DNA from: Methanothermococcus sp. Ax23
Lineage (GTDB): Archaea; AGJL01; Methanococci; Methanococcales; Methanococcaceae
DNA length: 64,000 nucleotides
Assembly: GCF_049075655.1 (NCBI RefSeq)
Contig: NZ_CP157522.1
Coordinates: forward strand, 512,001-576,000
Direction: 5' to 3'
In this document: in pieces, positions 42,715 through 52,242 of the stretch
Layout: each line of letters starts with the position of its first letter
Numbering within the stretch: the stretch's first letter is position 1
The notes under the pieces: generated by a model
Seen by the model: the letters and a program-made list of their open reading frames with translations, nothing else
What the model was told of the DNA's origin: nothing
Databases searched by the model: none
Made by a program: the position numbers and the translations under genes

Positions 42715-44310
42715 ATGGATTTATTAAATAAAACTTCTTTAACGCTCAGATTAAAAAAGTATATGAGCGTAATTGCGTTTTCATCAATAATATTTTTATT
42801 GATATCAAGTGCCCATGCATTACAGGTTAATGAACCGCAGTATGAACCTTTAAAAATCCATCCCGGAGATGACGTGGATTTATGGTTTAAGATAACTAAT
42901 GATGATTACAATAAAGAAGTAAAAGATATAAAAATAACAATTACGCCACATTACCCATTTGAAATAAAGCAGGTAAATCCTACAAAAGGGGTTGCAACAT
43001 TATCTCACCTAAACTCTGGTGAAAGTGATACGACATATTTTAAACTCCATGTAAATGAGGATGCACCATCGAGGAATTATAGAATTGATGTAAAAGTATC
43101 GTATGATGAAGTTGAACATAAAAATGGAGAAGATATAATCACACACCATGAATGGACAAAAATATACTACCTTCCAATATATGGAACGGCAAATTTCGAG
43201 ATAAATACAAAAAATAATATCTCATTAACACCGGCAAAAACAAAAATTGTTCCTATCACTCTATACAACAAAGGAACGGGAACTGCAAAGCAGTGTACCC
43301 TTACAATAGGTGGAAATAATTACATATCGCCAATAGATACCACAAAATTCTATGTTGGGAGAGTTAAAGCAAATGACGGAAAAACTATAAATTTAAAATT
43401 ATATACAAACGAAAAAACACCAGAAGGCTCTTATTTAATTCCCGCCACAATATCATGGGTGAATGAAGACGGAGCTCAGAAGACTGAAAATATAAACATC
43501 GGTCTCTTAGTTCAAGGGGATGTTTTATTGGGAATATCCAATGTAATTACAACTCCAAAAGAGATTAAACCGGGAAATACCTATGTAAGAATAGATACCA
43601 CCATTACAAACAACGGACACGGTGAGGCAAAGGATATAAATGTCCATCTTAAAACTGAATATCCATTTAAAGATAGTTGGAGTAATGCAAACTATAAAGA
43701 TATTGGAACACTATCAGGCGGCGAAAGTAAGGATGTTTCCTTTACTATCGACATTGACAAAAACGCACCACCTAAGCATTATAAGATTCCAGTAGAAATA
43801 GAGTATTTGGATATTTTCAATAAAAAGCACAACATTACAAAAACAATCGACATATACATTAAACCAAAACCAATAATTGAGATTATTCCGGAAGAATATA
43901 CTGTAAAGGCAGGAACTGAAAATACTGTATTAATCCATGTCAAAAACACAGGAAATGAGAAAGCAGAAAATGTAAAGATAACTGCAATTAAAAACTCAGC
44001 TCAGCCCTTTGATTATCCAACAAAAAGCGATACCGTAGGGACTTTAAAACCTGGGGAAAATGGAACTGGGGCAATTGTTATCGATGTGGATAAAAATGCA
44101 GTTGCTAAGGATTACATTATTACAGTTGAAATAAGGGCAGTTGGGGATAGAGAGGAAGGGGATGACAATGTATATATCACCCAAAAATCCATAAAAGTTA
44201 AGGTTGAAAATAACTCCATAAGTTATTTACCTATTGAAATTGGATTGATAGTTATTCTTGTGGTTGTTGGATTATACTATTATAAGAGAAAAAATAAGAA
44301 TGAACAATAA
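42715..44310 (+). CDS. COG1361 S-layer-domain surface protein
   Basis: Signal peptide, repeated N.G...A..V Ig-like units, C-terminal TM with basic tail. Confidence 0.85.
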   Translation: MDLLNKTSLTLRLKKYMSVIAFSSIIFLLISSAHALQVNEPQYEPLKIHPGDDVDLWFKITNDDYNKEVKDIKITITPHYPFEIKQVNPTKGVATLSHLNSGESDTTYFKLHVNEDAPSRNYRIDVKVSYDEVEHKNGEDIITHHEWTKIYYLPIYGTANFEINTKNNISLTPAKTKIVPITLYNKGTGTAKQCTLTIGGNNYISPIDTTKFYVGRVKANDGKTINLKLYTNEKTPEGSYLIPATISWVNEDGAQKTENINIGLLVQGDVLLGISNVITTPKEIKPGNTYVRIDTTITNNGHGEAKDINVHLKTEYPFKDSWSNANYKDIGTLSGGESKDVSFTIDIDKNAPPKHYKIPVEIEYLDIFNKKHNITKTIDIYIKPKPIIEIIPEEYTVKAGTENTVLIHVKNTGNEKAENVKITAIKNSAQPFDYPTKSDTVGTLKPGENGTGAIVIDVDKNAVAKDYIITVEIRAVGDREEGDDNVYITQKSIKVKVENNSISYLPIEIGLIVILVVVGLYYYKRKNKNEQ

Positions 44311-44459
44311 AAAGAATAAATGGCAAAAGGTAAAAAATAAAACTATCTTTTATTTTTTTTATTTTATTTTTCATAAAAACATAACTTTTTTAAACTCCTT
44401 TTAATTATTTCTATTAAATTTATAATTATTTTATTATTTATAATGATAATGGTGAAAGG

Positions 44460-45344
44460 ATGAATCCCTACGATATAATGAAGGCATCACAAATATCCTG
44501 CTGTTTAGAAGTTAGCAGTTTTAAACCTGGAAATGTTCATAGAAACAGAGAATACGATGATATAAAATACCACCATTTCCTGAGCTCAGGCATAGCATTT
44601 GGAAATATAATATACGAAGCATCTCAGGATAACAAGGATATTGGAAAATACATAAAGTTGGCAGTAATCGAGTCAAAAAAATGGTCTCCAACTAATGCAA
44701 ACTTAGGTATAATTATGTTGCATATGCCTATTGGTATGAGCTCAGGGAAAATCGATGAATTTGATGAAAATGAATTGAAAAAGGAAATAATATCCACAGC
44801 AAAAAACACCACTGTAAATGATGCAGTAAATGTTTATGAAGCTATTGAAATAGCAATGCCGAATATAACTCCCCCAAAAGAAGGTCCCGACGCTCAAAAA
44901 AATGATGCAAAACAGGAATTAATAGAAAAAAATTTAACGCTATACGATGTTTTTAAAATATCTTCCACATGGGATAGCATTTCAAAGGAATGGGCAGAAG
45001 GATTTAATATATCCTTTAAAGGATACAAACTATTAAATGAATATTATGAGGAATACAACAACATAAATTTGGCAACAACAAAAACATTTTTAAGTATTTT
45101 ATCAGAGCATCCAGATACCTTAATAGCAAGAAAAAAGGATTTGGATACTTCAAAAATGGTTTCAGAAATGGCAAAAGATATACTGGATAACGGCTTTAAA
45201 AAAGAAGATATTGAAGAGTTTGATAAATTCCTATCAAAAGAAGGAAATAAATTAAATCCCGGAACAACTGCGGATTTAGTGGCATCTTCATTGATGATAT
45301 TTTTATTGGATAGGATAGATAAAAAAGATACTGTGTTATGCTGA
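44460..45344 (+). CDS. CitG-family triphosphoribosyl-dephospho-CoA synthase-like protein
   Basis: [33 protein letters not shown]; stop codon lies within the mini-element end. Confidence 0.88.
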   Translation: MNPYDIMKASQISCCLEVSSFKPGNVHRNREYDDIKYHHFLSSGIAFGNIIYEASQDNKDIGKYIKLAVIESKKWSPTNANLGIIMLHMPIGMSSGKIDEFDENELKKEIISTAKNTTVNDAVNVYEAIEIAMPNITPPKEGPDAQKNDAKQELIEKNLTLYDVFKISSTWDSISKEWAEGFNISFKGYKLLNEYYEEYNNINLATTKTFLSILSEHPDTLIARKKDLDTSKMVSEMAKDILDNGFKKEDIEEFDKFLSKEGNKLNPGTTADLVASSLMIFLLDRIDKKDTVLC

Positions 45345-45665
45345 CCTACTCCAACGACTAAAGTCGTTGGGTTCTTTTAGTAGGGTCTAACCCTACATGG
45401 GTGGCCAAGCCCACTACCCCTATCTCCGTTTAGGAGATTCAGGGCTACGCTATACACTTCTAACCACTACCAGCGGTAGAGTTTTCGATAACCCTACCCA
45501 TAATTACTTGGACTGGTAGCGTTACTTACTATTAATCTTCTCATATTTATAGTTTACTACTTACTATCTGATATAATGTCCGCCTCTCATCCAATCTCGT
45601 AAGAGATTTTACAAAACTATGTTTTGTATAACGATTAAAATCGTTGGCTTTCTCGGCGGTTTATC
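45341..45665 (-). mobile_element. non-autonomous IS200/IS605-type mini-element (copy D, 325 bp)
   Basis: Same ends and core as copies B and C but lacks the 50-bp insert near the right end. Confidence 0.88.
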
Positions 45666-45670
45666 GTAAA

Positions 45671-46000
45671 TTATTTCTCTATTTTTAGATTAAAATCTCC
45701 AAATATTCTTTTTATATTTGAAAAATGACGATCTTTTGTAATTAGTTGCATATTCCTATTTATACACATCGATGCTATTAAAATATCAATCGCAGGAATT
45801 GGTTTTCCAATTTTTAATAATTCATTTGAAAGTTTAATGCTTAATTTAAAATCATCATCAGTGGGATATAATACAATCATATCAAGCAATAATGCTTTTG
45901 GGAATTCTATTACATTAAAAATTGTAGTATAACCATTTAACTTTTCTTTGTTTTTATAGGCATCTATAAGTTTGTTTGTGTCGTATATGTTCTCTTCCAT
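45671..46000 (-). CDS. vapC: VapC PIN-domain toxin
   Basis: YDTN, VIEF, DILIAS, LITKDRHF. Confidence 0.9.
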   Translation of the reverse strand: MEENIYDTNKLIDAYKNKEKLNGYTTIFNVIEFPKALLLDMIVLYPTDDDFKLSIKLSNELLKIGKPIPAIDILIASMCINRNMQLITKDRHFSNIKRIFGDFNLKIEK

Positions 46001-46242
46001 TCTTTCTCCCTCATTTTCTCATAATGCCCCTCATACTTATCAATATCAATATTTTCGATATCTCTTTTGAAATCATCTCCAAGTTCTTTAAGCAAATCTT
46101 TTGTGGAGTATTCTGATTTACTTTCGATTTTATTTAAATACTCAATTATGGCTTTTCTTGCAACTTCACTCCATTTTATTTCTTTATGTTTTTTCATTTT
46201 TGAATATATCTCATCAGGTAGTGAAAGCGTTATATTTGACAT
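45964..46242 (-). CDS. ribbon-helix-helix antitoxin
   Basis: NITLSLPDE..IKWSEVARKAI; overlaps vapC start. Confidence 0.85.
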   Translation of the reverse strand: MSNITLSLPDEIYSKMKKHKEIKWSEVARKAIIEYLNKIESKSEYSTKDLLKELGDDFKRDIENIDIDKYEGHYEKMREKEWKRTYTTQTNL

Positions 46243-46394
46243 ATTATCACCAATGTATAATTATGTGGATGCACATATTTATGTGTTTCTTTATGTGAGC
46301 TCATCAATATTTATTTTCACCATCATAGTAAATTATATATGCAATCCATTTTAATTATTTTTAAATTAATATGATTTAATATAACGGTGATTAA

Positions 46395-48122
46395 ATGAGC
46401 GAAGACAAGTATGAAAAAGTAATGGATTTGGCTAAAAGAAGAGGTTATTTATGGAGCTCCTTTGAAATATATGGTGGTATAGCAGGTTTTGTAGATTATG
46501 CACCACTTGGAACAATATTGAAAAACAATATAATTGACACATGGAGAAAGCACTATATTATAAACGAAGAATTTTACGAGATAGACAGCCCAACTATTAC
46601 ACCATACGAGGTTTTAAAAGCATCTGGGCATGTTGATAACTTCACAGACCCAATGGTAGAATGTAAAGAATGTTTGGAATCATTCAGAGCAGACCATATT
46701 ATTGAGGAAAATATCGACATAGACACTGAAGGAAAAACACTTGAAGAATTAAATGAGCTCATAAAAAAACACGACATAAGATGCCCAAAATGTGGTAGCG
46801 AATTTGGAGATGTTAAAAAATACAATTTGATGTTTTTGACTTCAATAGGTCCGGGAGGAAAGAGAACAGGATACATGAGACCAGAGACAGCTCAGGGAAT
46901 ATTCATACAGTTTAGAAGATTGGCAAGTTTTTTCAGAAACAAACTTCCTTTTGGAGTGGCACAAATTGGTAAATCATACAGAAACGAAATTTCCCCAAGA
47001 CAGGGGGTTATCAGATTAAGGGAATTTACACAGGCTGAGGCAGAATTTTTCGTTCATCCTAAAATAAAGAACCATAAGAGATTTAAAGATGTGGAAAATG
47101 ACATAATACCACTTCTTCCAGCAGATAGACAAATGGATGAAACACTGAGCTCAGAGGAAAAAGTAGTAAATATGACATTAAAGGATGCTGTGGAAAAAGG
47201 AATAATAAGGCATGAAACCATTGCATACTTTGTGGCGATTACAAAGAGATTTTTAATGGATATTGGTATCGATATAAACAGATTGAGATTTAGACAGCAC
47301 CTTCCAGATGAAATGGCACATTATGCAATTGATTGCTGGGATGCGGAAATTTACACAGATAGATTTGGATGGATTGAGTGCGTAGGTATTGCAGACAGGA
47401 CAGACTACGATTTAAAGGCACACATGAACCACAGCGGTGTAGATTTAAGGGTTTTTGTAGAATACGATGAACCAAAAGAAATTGAAACCTACGATATTGA
47501 ATTAAACTATAAGGTTGTTGGAAAGGTATTTAAAAAAGATATGAAGCTCGTTGAAAATACATTAAATAACATGGACGATAGTGAAATAGGAAAAATGGTA
47601 AAAGAGCTAAATGAAAATGGAAAATATATTTTAACAATCGAAGATAAGGAGTTTGAGATACTAAACGACTATTTAAAAATAAATAAAACTAAAAAGAAAA
47701 TCTCCGGAGAAAAAGTATTGCCACATGTAATTGAACCGTCCCATGGTATCGACAGAATTACATACTGCCTTTTAGAGCATGCCTACAATGAGGAAGAGGA
47801 TAGAACATATTTAAAGTTAAAACCAGAAGTAGCTCCTGTAAAAGTTGGAGTATTCCCATTAGTCAATAAACAGGGTATGCCAGAAATTGCCATGGAAATA
47901 AAGGATAAATTAAGAAAAAACGGAATAATTGCCGAATATGATGACAGCGGAGCAATTGGAAGAAGATATATGAGAATGGATGAAGTTGGAACTCCGTTCT
48001 GCATTACTGTTGATGGCCAGACATTGGAGGATGGAACCATTACAATAAGACACAGGGATACAAGAGAGCAAATTAGAATTAAAATTGATGAAGTTGTAGA
48101 TTACATCAAAAGAAATATTTAA
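46395..48122 (+). CDS. glyS: glycine--tRNA ligase (alpha2 type)
   Basis: RPETAQG, GKSYRNEISPR, VIEPS.GIDR, IGRRY. Confidence 0.97.
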   Translation: MSEDKYEKVMDLAKRRGYLWSSFEIYGGIAGFVDYAPLGTILKNNIIDTWRKHYIINEEFYEIDSPTITPYEVLKASGHVDNFTDPMVECKECLESFRADHIIEENIDIDTEGKTLEELNELIKKHDIRCPKCGSEFGDVKKYNLMFLTSIGPGGKRTGYMRPETAQGIFIQFRRLASFFRNKLPFGVAQIGKSYRNEISPRQGVIRLREFTQAEAEFFVHPKIKNHKRFKDVENDIIPLLPADRQMDETLSSEEKVVNMTLKDAVEKGIIRHETIAYFVAITKRFLMDIGIDINRLRFRQHLPDEMAHYAIDCWDAEIYTDRFGWIECVGIADRTDYDLKAHMNHSGVDLRVFVEYDEPKEIETYDIELNYKVVGKVFKKDMKLVENTLNNMDDSEIGKMVKELNENGKYILTIEDKEFEILNDYLKINKTKKKISGEKVLPHVIEPSHGIDRITYCLLEHAYNEEEDRTYLKLKPEVAPVKVGVFPLVNKQGMPEIAMEIKDKLRKNGIIAEYDDSGAIGRRYMRMDEVGTPFCITVDGQTLEDGTITIRHRDTREQIRIKIDEVVDYIKRNI

Positions 48123-48142
48123 CATATTCCGCAAGAAATCAG

Positions 48143-48455
48143 ATAAAATCACTCCGTGATTTTATTACTGTCCTTCGCTACTCGACGAAATCCTATGGAT
48201 TTCGTGAGTTCGACAAAAACCAAAGGTTTTTGTGAATCGACAAATTTCTTTGAAATTTGTCTCGATCAGCAAATCTTTGATTTGCTTCGATCGCTCAGAC
48301 ATCCCCGTCCGTCATACAAATCCTTCGGATTCGGATGAAAATCTTACGATTTTCATTACTCAAACCTTCAGTTCGATTGTAAAATCACCTGCGCGGAGCG
48401 AAGGTGAGCTACAAATTCCGAAGGATTTGTTCAGTCTCCTCGCTATCACTCGAAG
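48143..48455. repeat. array of about nine short palindromic hairpins
   Basis: ataaaatcac-tcc-gtgattttat; acgaaatcc-tat-ggatttcgt; acaaaaacc-aaa-ggtttttgt; gacaaatttc-ttt-gaaatttgtc; agcaaatc-ttt-gatttgct; atgaaaatc-ttac-gattttcat and others. Confidence 0.9.
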
Positions 48456-48547
48456 ATAAGAACAGGGCAATTCACCAATTAGCATAAAACCATGCAATAT
48501 AAAAAAAGTATTTTAAATAGCTTGTTACATTTAAACAACTTATCTAC

Positions 48548-49708
48548 TTAAATGAAACTTAATTTATTTTGATAATCTTCTAAATTTTTTAATGCTGAAT
48601 GGACGATACTGCTGGACTCATTATTTAATTTCATACCATATCTTGTAGATTTTGCCAAAACCTCCAGATGCATCTGTTCCAAGACCTCATTAATATCATA
48701 TCTATTCATTGAATATTCTAATGTTCTAAGGGTATTCAATATATTTTCTCTGATGATATACTCGGGCGTCTTTAATTTAGAGTTAAATTTGCATGCATCA
48801 ATAACTCCTGCGGCTATGGTGATGGCAAAATAATGTGTCATGATTGCAGTGGGTGACGATACATTAGATGATGCCATGTTACCCATATTTTCAGGCAAAT
48901 TATTCTTAATTTGTTCTAAAAATTTCCCAAAGTGTTGGGTATTTATTGGAACCTCCCCATATTCTTCAATTACATTCTTAAACGCCTTAATAGTATCCAA
49001 TATGGCCTCGTTAGATACTCCCCCAGGAAGTTTAAATCTTTCATTTAATTTGTATGCATCAATAATTCCTGCAATCATGATAGCAGTAAAATGACTGTTT
49101 ATATCTGCAACAGAGGATGAAACATCAGCAGGAACCACATAAGCTTTTTTATTGGCACTTTCCGCCAGTTCAACACATTTTTTTATCTGCTCATCAGTAG
49201 CATAATTTGTTCCATCTGTTGAAGTTCCGCTTATCACATAATGGCTATGCTGTGGAGTTCCAGGAACCGCAGCAGGATGCATTGAAGATATACCCACATC
49301 CTTTCTTTTTGTTCTGAGCTCTACTTCAAGTGCAGCATATAAAACAGCGGGGGATATTGTGCATGTATTTGCTATAATGGCATTTTCAGGGAGGTGGGGA
49401 ATTATATTTTTTGCTATTTCAATAGTTTTTTTTCCAAATGGTGTGAAAAATATGGCTATCTCCCCATGCCTTGCAGCTTCGATATCGTCTGAAACCACCT
49501 TAACCCCGGATTCTTCAACTTTTTTCCACATTTCCTCAGTTAGTATATTTTTGTTAGGTTCTGCAAGTACAACATCATGTCCTGCTTCTGCAAACTCCAT
49601 GGCAATTCTACTTCCGCCATAAGGTGCCTCCCCACCATAATTTTCAGGTAAATTTAATTGATTTACATACAGGTTTTGGTTTCCTGCACCATATACTGAA
49701 ATTTTCAT
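48548..49708 (-). CDS. HmdII/HmdIII-like ([Fe]-hydrogenase paralog) with duplicated C-terminal domain
   Basis: MKISVYGAGNQ.LY, PYGG, FTPFG, NTCT, SMHPAAVPGTP. Confidence 0.85.
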   Translation of the reverse strand: MKISVYGAGNQNLYVNQLNLPENYGGEAPYGGSRIAMEFAEAGHDVVLAEPNKNILTEEMWKKVEESGVKVVSDDIEAARHGEIAIFFTPFGKKTIEIAKNIIPHLPENAIIANTCTISPAVLYAALEVELRTKRKDVGISSMHPAAVPGTPQHSHYVISGTSTDGTNYATDEQIKKCVELAESANKKAYVVPADVSSSVADINSHFTAIMIAGIIDAYKLNERFKLPGGVSNEAILDTIKAFKNVIEEYGEVPINTQHFGKFLEQIKNNLPENMGNMASSNVSSPTAIMTHYFAITIAAGVIDACKFNSKLKTPEYIIRENILNTLRTLEYSMNRYDINEVLEQMHLEVLAKSTRYGMKLNNESSSIVHSALKNLEDYQNKLSFI

Positions 49709-49727
49709 GCATCCACCCATTTTAATT

Positions 49728-50039
49728 TCAATATGCATGCTCAAGGTCGATGTTAAGGATGTCTTTAACTTCGTTGAGTTTTTCGAGAAGCGCATTTCCT
49801 TTATTAGTTAGGATAAACCTACCATCTCTATCTTTTTCAACAAAATCATGTCGTTCGAGAAAATCCATGTATCTCTTAAATACCTTCCAATCTAAGTTTG
49901 CATAATACATTATTCTTGTTTTTTTACATCCTCCCATATTGATAGCATTTAGAATGCCAAATATTATCTCCATTTTATCCCTTCTATTTCCATTTAAACC
50001 ATAAATTGGCATGGAATAAAACATTTGAACTCTTTTCAT
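49728..50039 (-). CDS. winged-helix regulator (HTH_45-like)
   Basis: RRDKMEII..IL, KTRIMYYANL, LTNKG. Confidence 0.85.
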   Translation of the reverse strand: MKRVQMFYSMPIYGLNGNRRDKMEIIFGILNAINMGGCKKTRIMYYANLDWKVFKRYMDFLERHDFVEKDRDGRFILTNKGNALLEKLNEVKDILNIDLEHAY

Positions 50040-50283
50040 ATTTGCCCCTCCAATTACCACATGCTATGGATATAGTTTCCGACCTTTATTATGTATCTAT
50101 TTATGTAGGTATTAAGCCTATGTTATGTATACATGTTTATGCAGGTAATTAAAATAACATGAAAAAAAGACATGGTGGTATATCGCAGGTTTATAACCCT
50201 ACAAAATTAATTATATACTTTATGATATATATTCTTAACTATTAACCATTTTGGTTAAGTTTTTAAAAAAGGATAAATAAATA

Positions 50284-50487
50284 TTATTTGCTCATTTTTT
50301 TAATTAAAATGGCATTGGTTGGACATCTTCCAGCGCATAGTTTGCAGTTATGACAGTGTTTTGTATCATATACATAGTATTTTCCATTTTTATCGACTTT
50401 CCAAATTCGCGGTGCTTTTGCACAGACATCATAACATTTTCCGCATCCTATGCATTTTTCCCTATCTACGATTATTTCTACAACCAT
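50284..50487 (-). CDS. 2[4Fe-4S] ferredoxin divergent from Lrp regulator
   Basis: CIGCGKCYDVC, CHNCKLCAGRCP. Confidence 0.92.
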   Translation of the reverse strand: MVVEIIVDREKCIGCGKCYDVCAKAPRIWKVDKNGKYYVYDTKHCHNCKLCAGRCPTNAILIKKMSK

Positions 50488-50589
50488 TTTTTTACCTTTT
50501 ATTTTTTTAAGAATAACATATTAGTGATAAAATAAAAAATTATATATTATACGATATATCAATACATATACGAAAATCGGAGGGATAAT

Positions 50590-51012
50590 ATGGACACTAA
50601 AGATATGAAGATATTGAACATATTAATGAAAGATGGTAGGAAACCCTACACTGAGATTGCCAAAGAGCTGGGAACTAGTGAGAGCTCCATTAGAAAGCGA
50701 GTTAGAAAGATGGAAGATGAAGGCATTATCAAAGGATATAAGGTGGAAGTGGAACCCTCTAAAATTGGATATAATGTTGTCGCTTTAACAGGTTTTGACA
50801 CCAACCCCGAGGATTTTTTAACTGTTGCAAATAAGTTATGCGAATTTGACGAGGTTAAAAAGGTATGGACCTCAACAGGTGACCATATGATAATGACTGA
50901 AATCTGGGCAAGGGATGGTAGGGAACTATCCGAGATTTTATTTAACAAAGTCGGTAAAATCGAAGGTATAAAGAAAGTATGTCCCGCCATTATATTGGAA
51001 CAACTGAAATAA
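50590..51012 (+). CDS. Lrp/AsnC regulator, Ptr2-like
   Basis: [29 protein letters not shown]; ferredoxin/rubrerythrin context. Confidence 0.88.
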   Translation: MDTKDMKILNILMKDGRKPYTEIAKELGTSESSIRKRVRKMEDEGIIKGYKVEVEPSKIGYNVVALTGFDTNPEDFLTVANKLCEFDEVKKVWTSTGDHMIMTEIWARDGRELSEILFNKVGKIEGIKKVCPAIILEQLK

Positions 51013-51021
51013 ATTAATAAA

Positions 51022-51465
51022 CTAAATTTCGGCCATTTTATCATGAACTTCAATTCTCTGTTCTTTAAACCATTTTCCATACCCTTTTACATCCATATTT
51101 TTAATATGCATAACTAACCATCCAATAATAAAGTTTAGTGCCTCTCTAAACTCTTTATCTTCGCCCTTCTCAATCTGTGGAGCTAAGGTATTTACAACAT
51201 GCCTTACAAAAAACCCGTGTATTTTTTTATGTTTTTCTAATTCTTCTTCTGGATAACCGTATCTCTCCATAACCTCTTCTTCATGTTTAAAGTGTTTATC
51301 AGCATAAGATACTACCTTTTCCATCAATAATTTTTTTGCTTCGTCTCTTTTACCACCCCTTAATAGATTATATATGTTATTTATTGTTTTAACAAGGAAT
51401 TTATGTTCCTCGTCAAAAGCAGCAATACCGGATTCTAAATCTTTTGACCATTTTATTATTTCCAT
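51022..51465 (-). CDS. hemerythrin
   Basis: W...LESGI..FDEEH, HFKHEE, HKKIH, WL..HI..MD. Confidence 0.92.
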   Translation of the reverse strand: MEIIKWSKDLESGIAAFDEEHKFLVKTINNIYNLLRGGKRDEAKKLLMEKVVSYADKHFKHEEEVMERYGYPEEELEKHKKIHGFFVRHVVNTLAPQIEKGEDKEFREALNFIIGWLVMHIKNMDVKGYGKWFKEQRIEVHDKMAEI

Positions 51466-51595
51466 AAAACCACTCCATAAATAGAACAAGCATTTACCAT
51501 ATCTCAAAATATATTCAATTATAAACATATGTAAATATATAAGTGCATAACATACTTATGTGCCCCACTTAAAAAAATAAACGACAAATGTATAA

Positions 51596-52024
51596 TTATT
51601 CAAAGTATCTTTCTAATATTCCTTTTAACATTTTTGCATGTCTTGCTTCATCTCTGCTTGATTCATCAAAGAAGTCATGTGCAGGGTCAATGTCCAATTC
51701 TTTTGCCTTTGTTGCAGCAGCTTTTTTCTCTTTGTTTGCCATGCATTCTCCTTTTAACATCATTTCAATGTTCTCTTTTAAGTTGTCTGAAATTACCCCG
51801 TTCATCTCAGCAAAGTGTGCTGCGTGTTCAGCTTCTTCAAATGCTATTCTTTTTAAAACTTCTGCAACTTCTGGGAGACCTTCTCTCTGAGCCTGTCTTG
51901 CCATTGCCAAATACATTCCAACTTCTGCACATTCTCCTTTAAAGTTTGCTTCAACTTCTTTTTCTAAGTCTGTTCCTTTTGTTGTTCCTATTTTGTGTTC
52001 GTTTATTAATTCTACATCTACCAT
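51596..52024 (-). CDS. rubrerythrin-like diiron protein (no rubredoxin domain)
   Basis: NFKGEC.E..MY, EEAEHA, DEARH. Confidence 0.9.
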   Translation of the reverse strand: MVDVELINEHKIGTTKGTDLEKEVEANFKGECAEVGMYLAMARQAQREGLPEVAEVLKRIAFEEAEHAAHFAEMNGVISDNLKENIEMMLKGECMANKEKKAAATKAKELDIDPAHDFFDESSRDEARHAKMLKGILERYFE

Positions 52025-52083
52025 GTTATCACCTTTTTTATTTGTATATAATAATTATAATTTTTAATATATATTTTTAATCG

Positions 52084-52127
52084 TATGGATTTCATATATT
52101 TTTCAGCAATATGGTATGAAATTCGTA
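52084..52127. promoter_or_regulatory. paired Ptr2-like sites upstream of rubrerythrin gene
   Basis: TATGGATTTCATA and TATGAAATTCGTA, centres 31 bp apart. Confidence 0.55.
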
Positions 52128-52186
52128 TTTACATAAATTTAAGAAATTGATGTATAAAAGAGAAATTATTTAGAGAAGGCGAGAAG

Positions 52187-52242
52187 TTATTCCATCTGAG
52201 TGAAACGAGGAAGTTATAAATCCTGAAAGGGATTTATTCCAT
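52187..52242. repeat. hairpin module between 9-bp direct repeats of the fprA end
   Basis: TTATTCCAT at 52187 and 52234 flanking gagtgaaacgaggaagttataaatcctgaaagggat. Confidence 0.65.

Noticed and set aside
48156-48459. Two short ORFs over the hairpin array, and a possible CRISPR reading
   Set aside because: No RBS or recognisable protein; no constant repeat-spacer pattern and no cas genes
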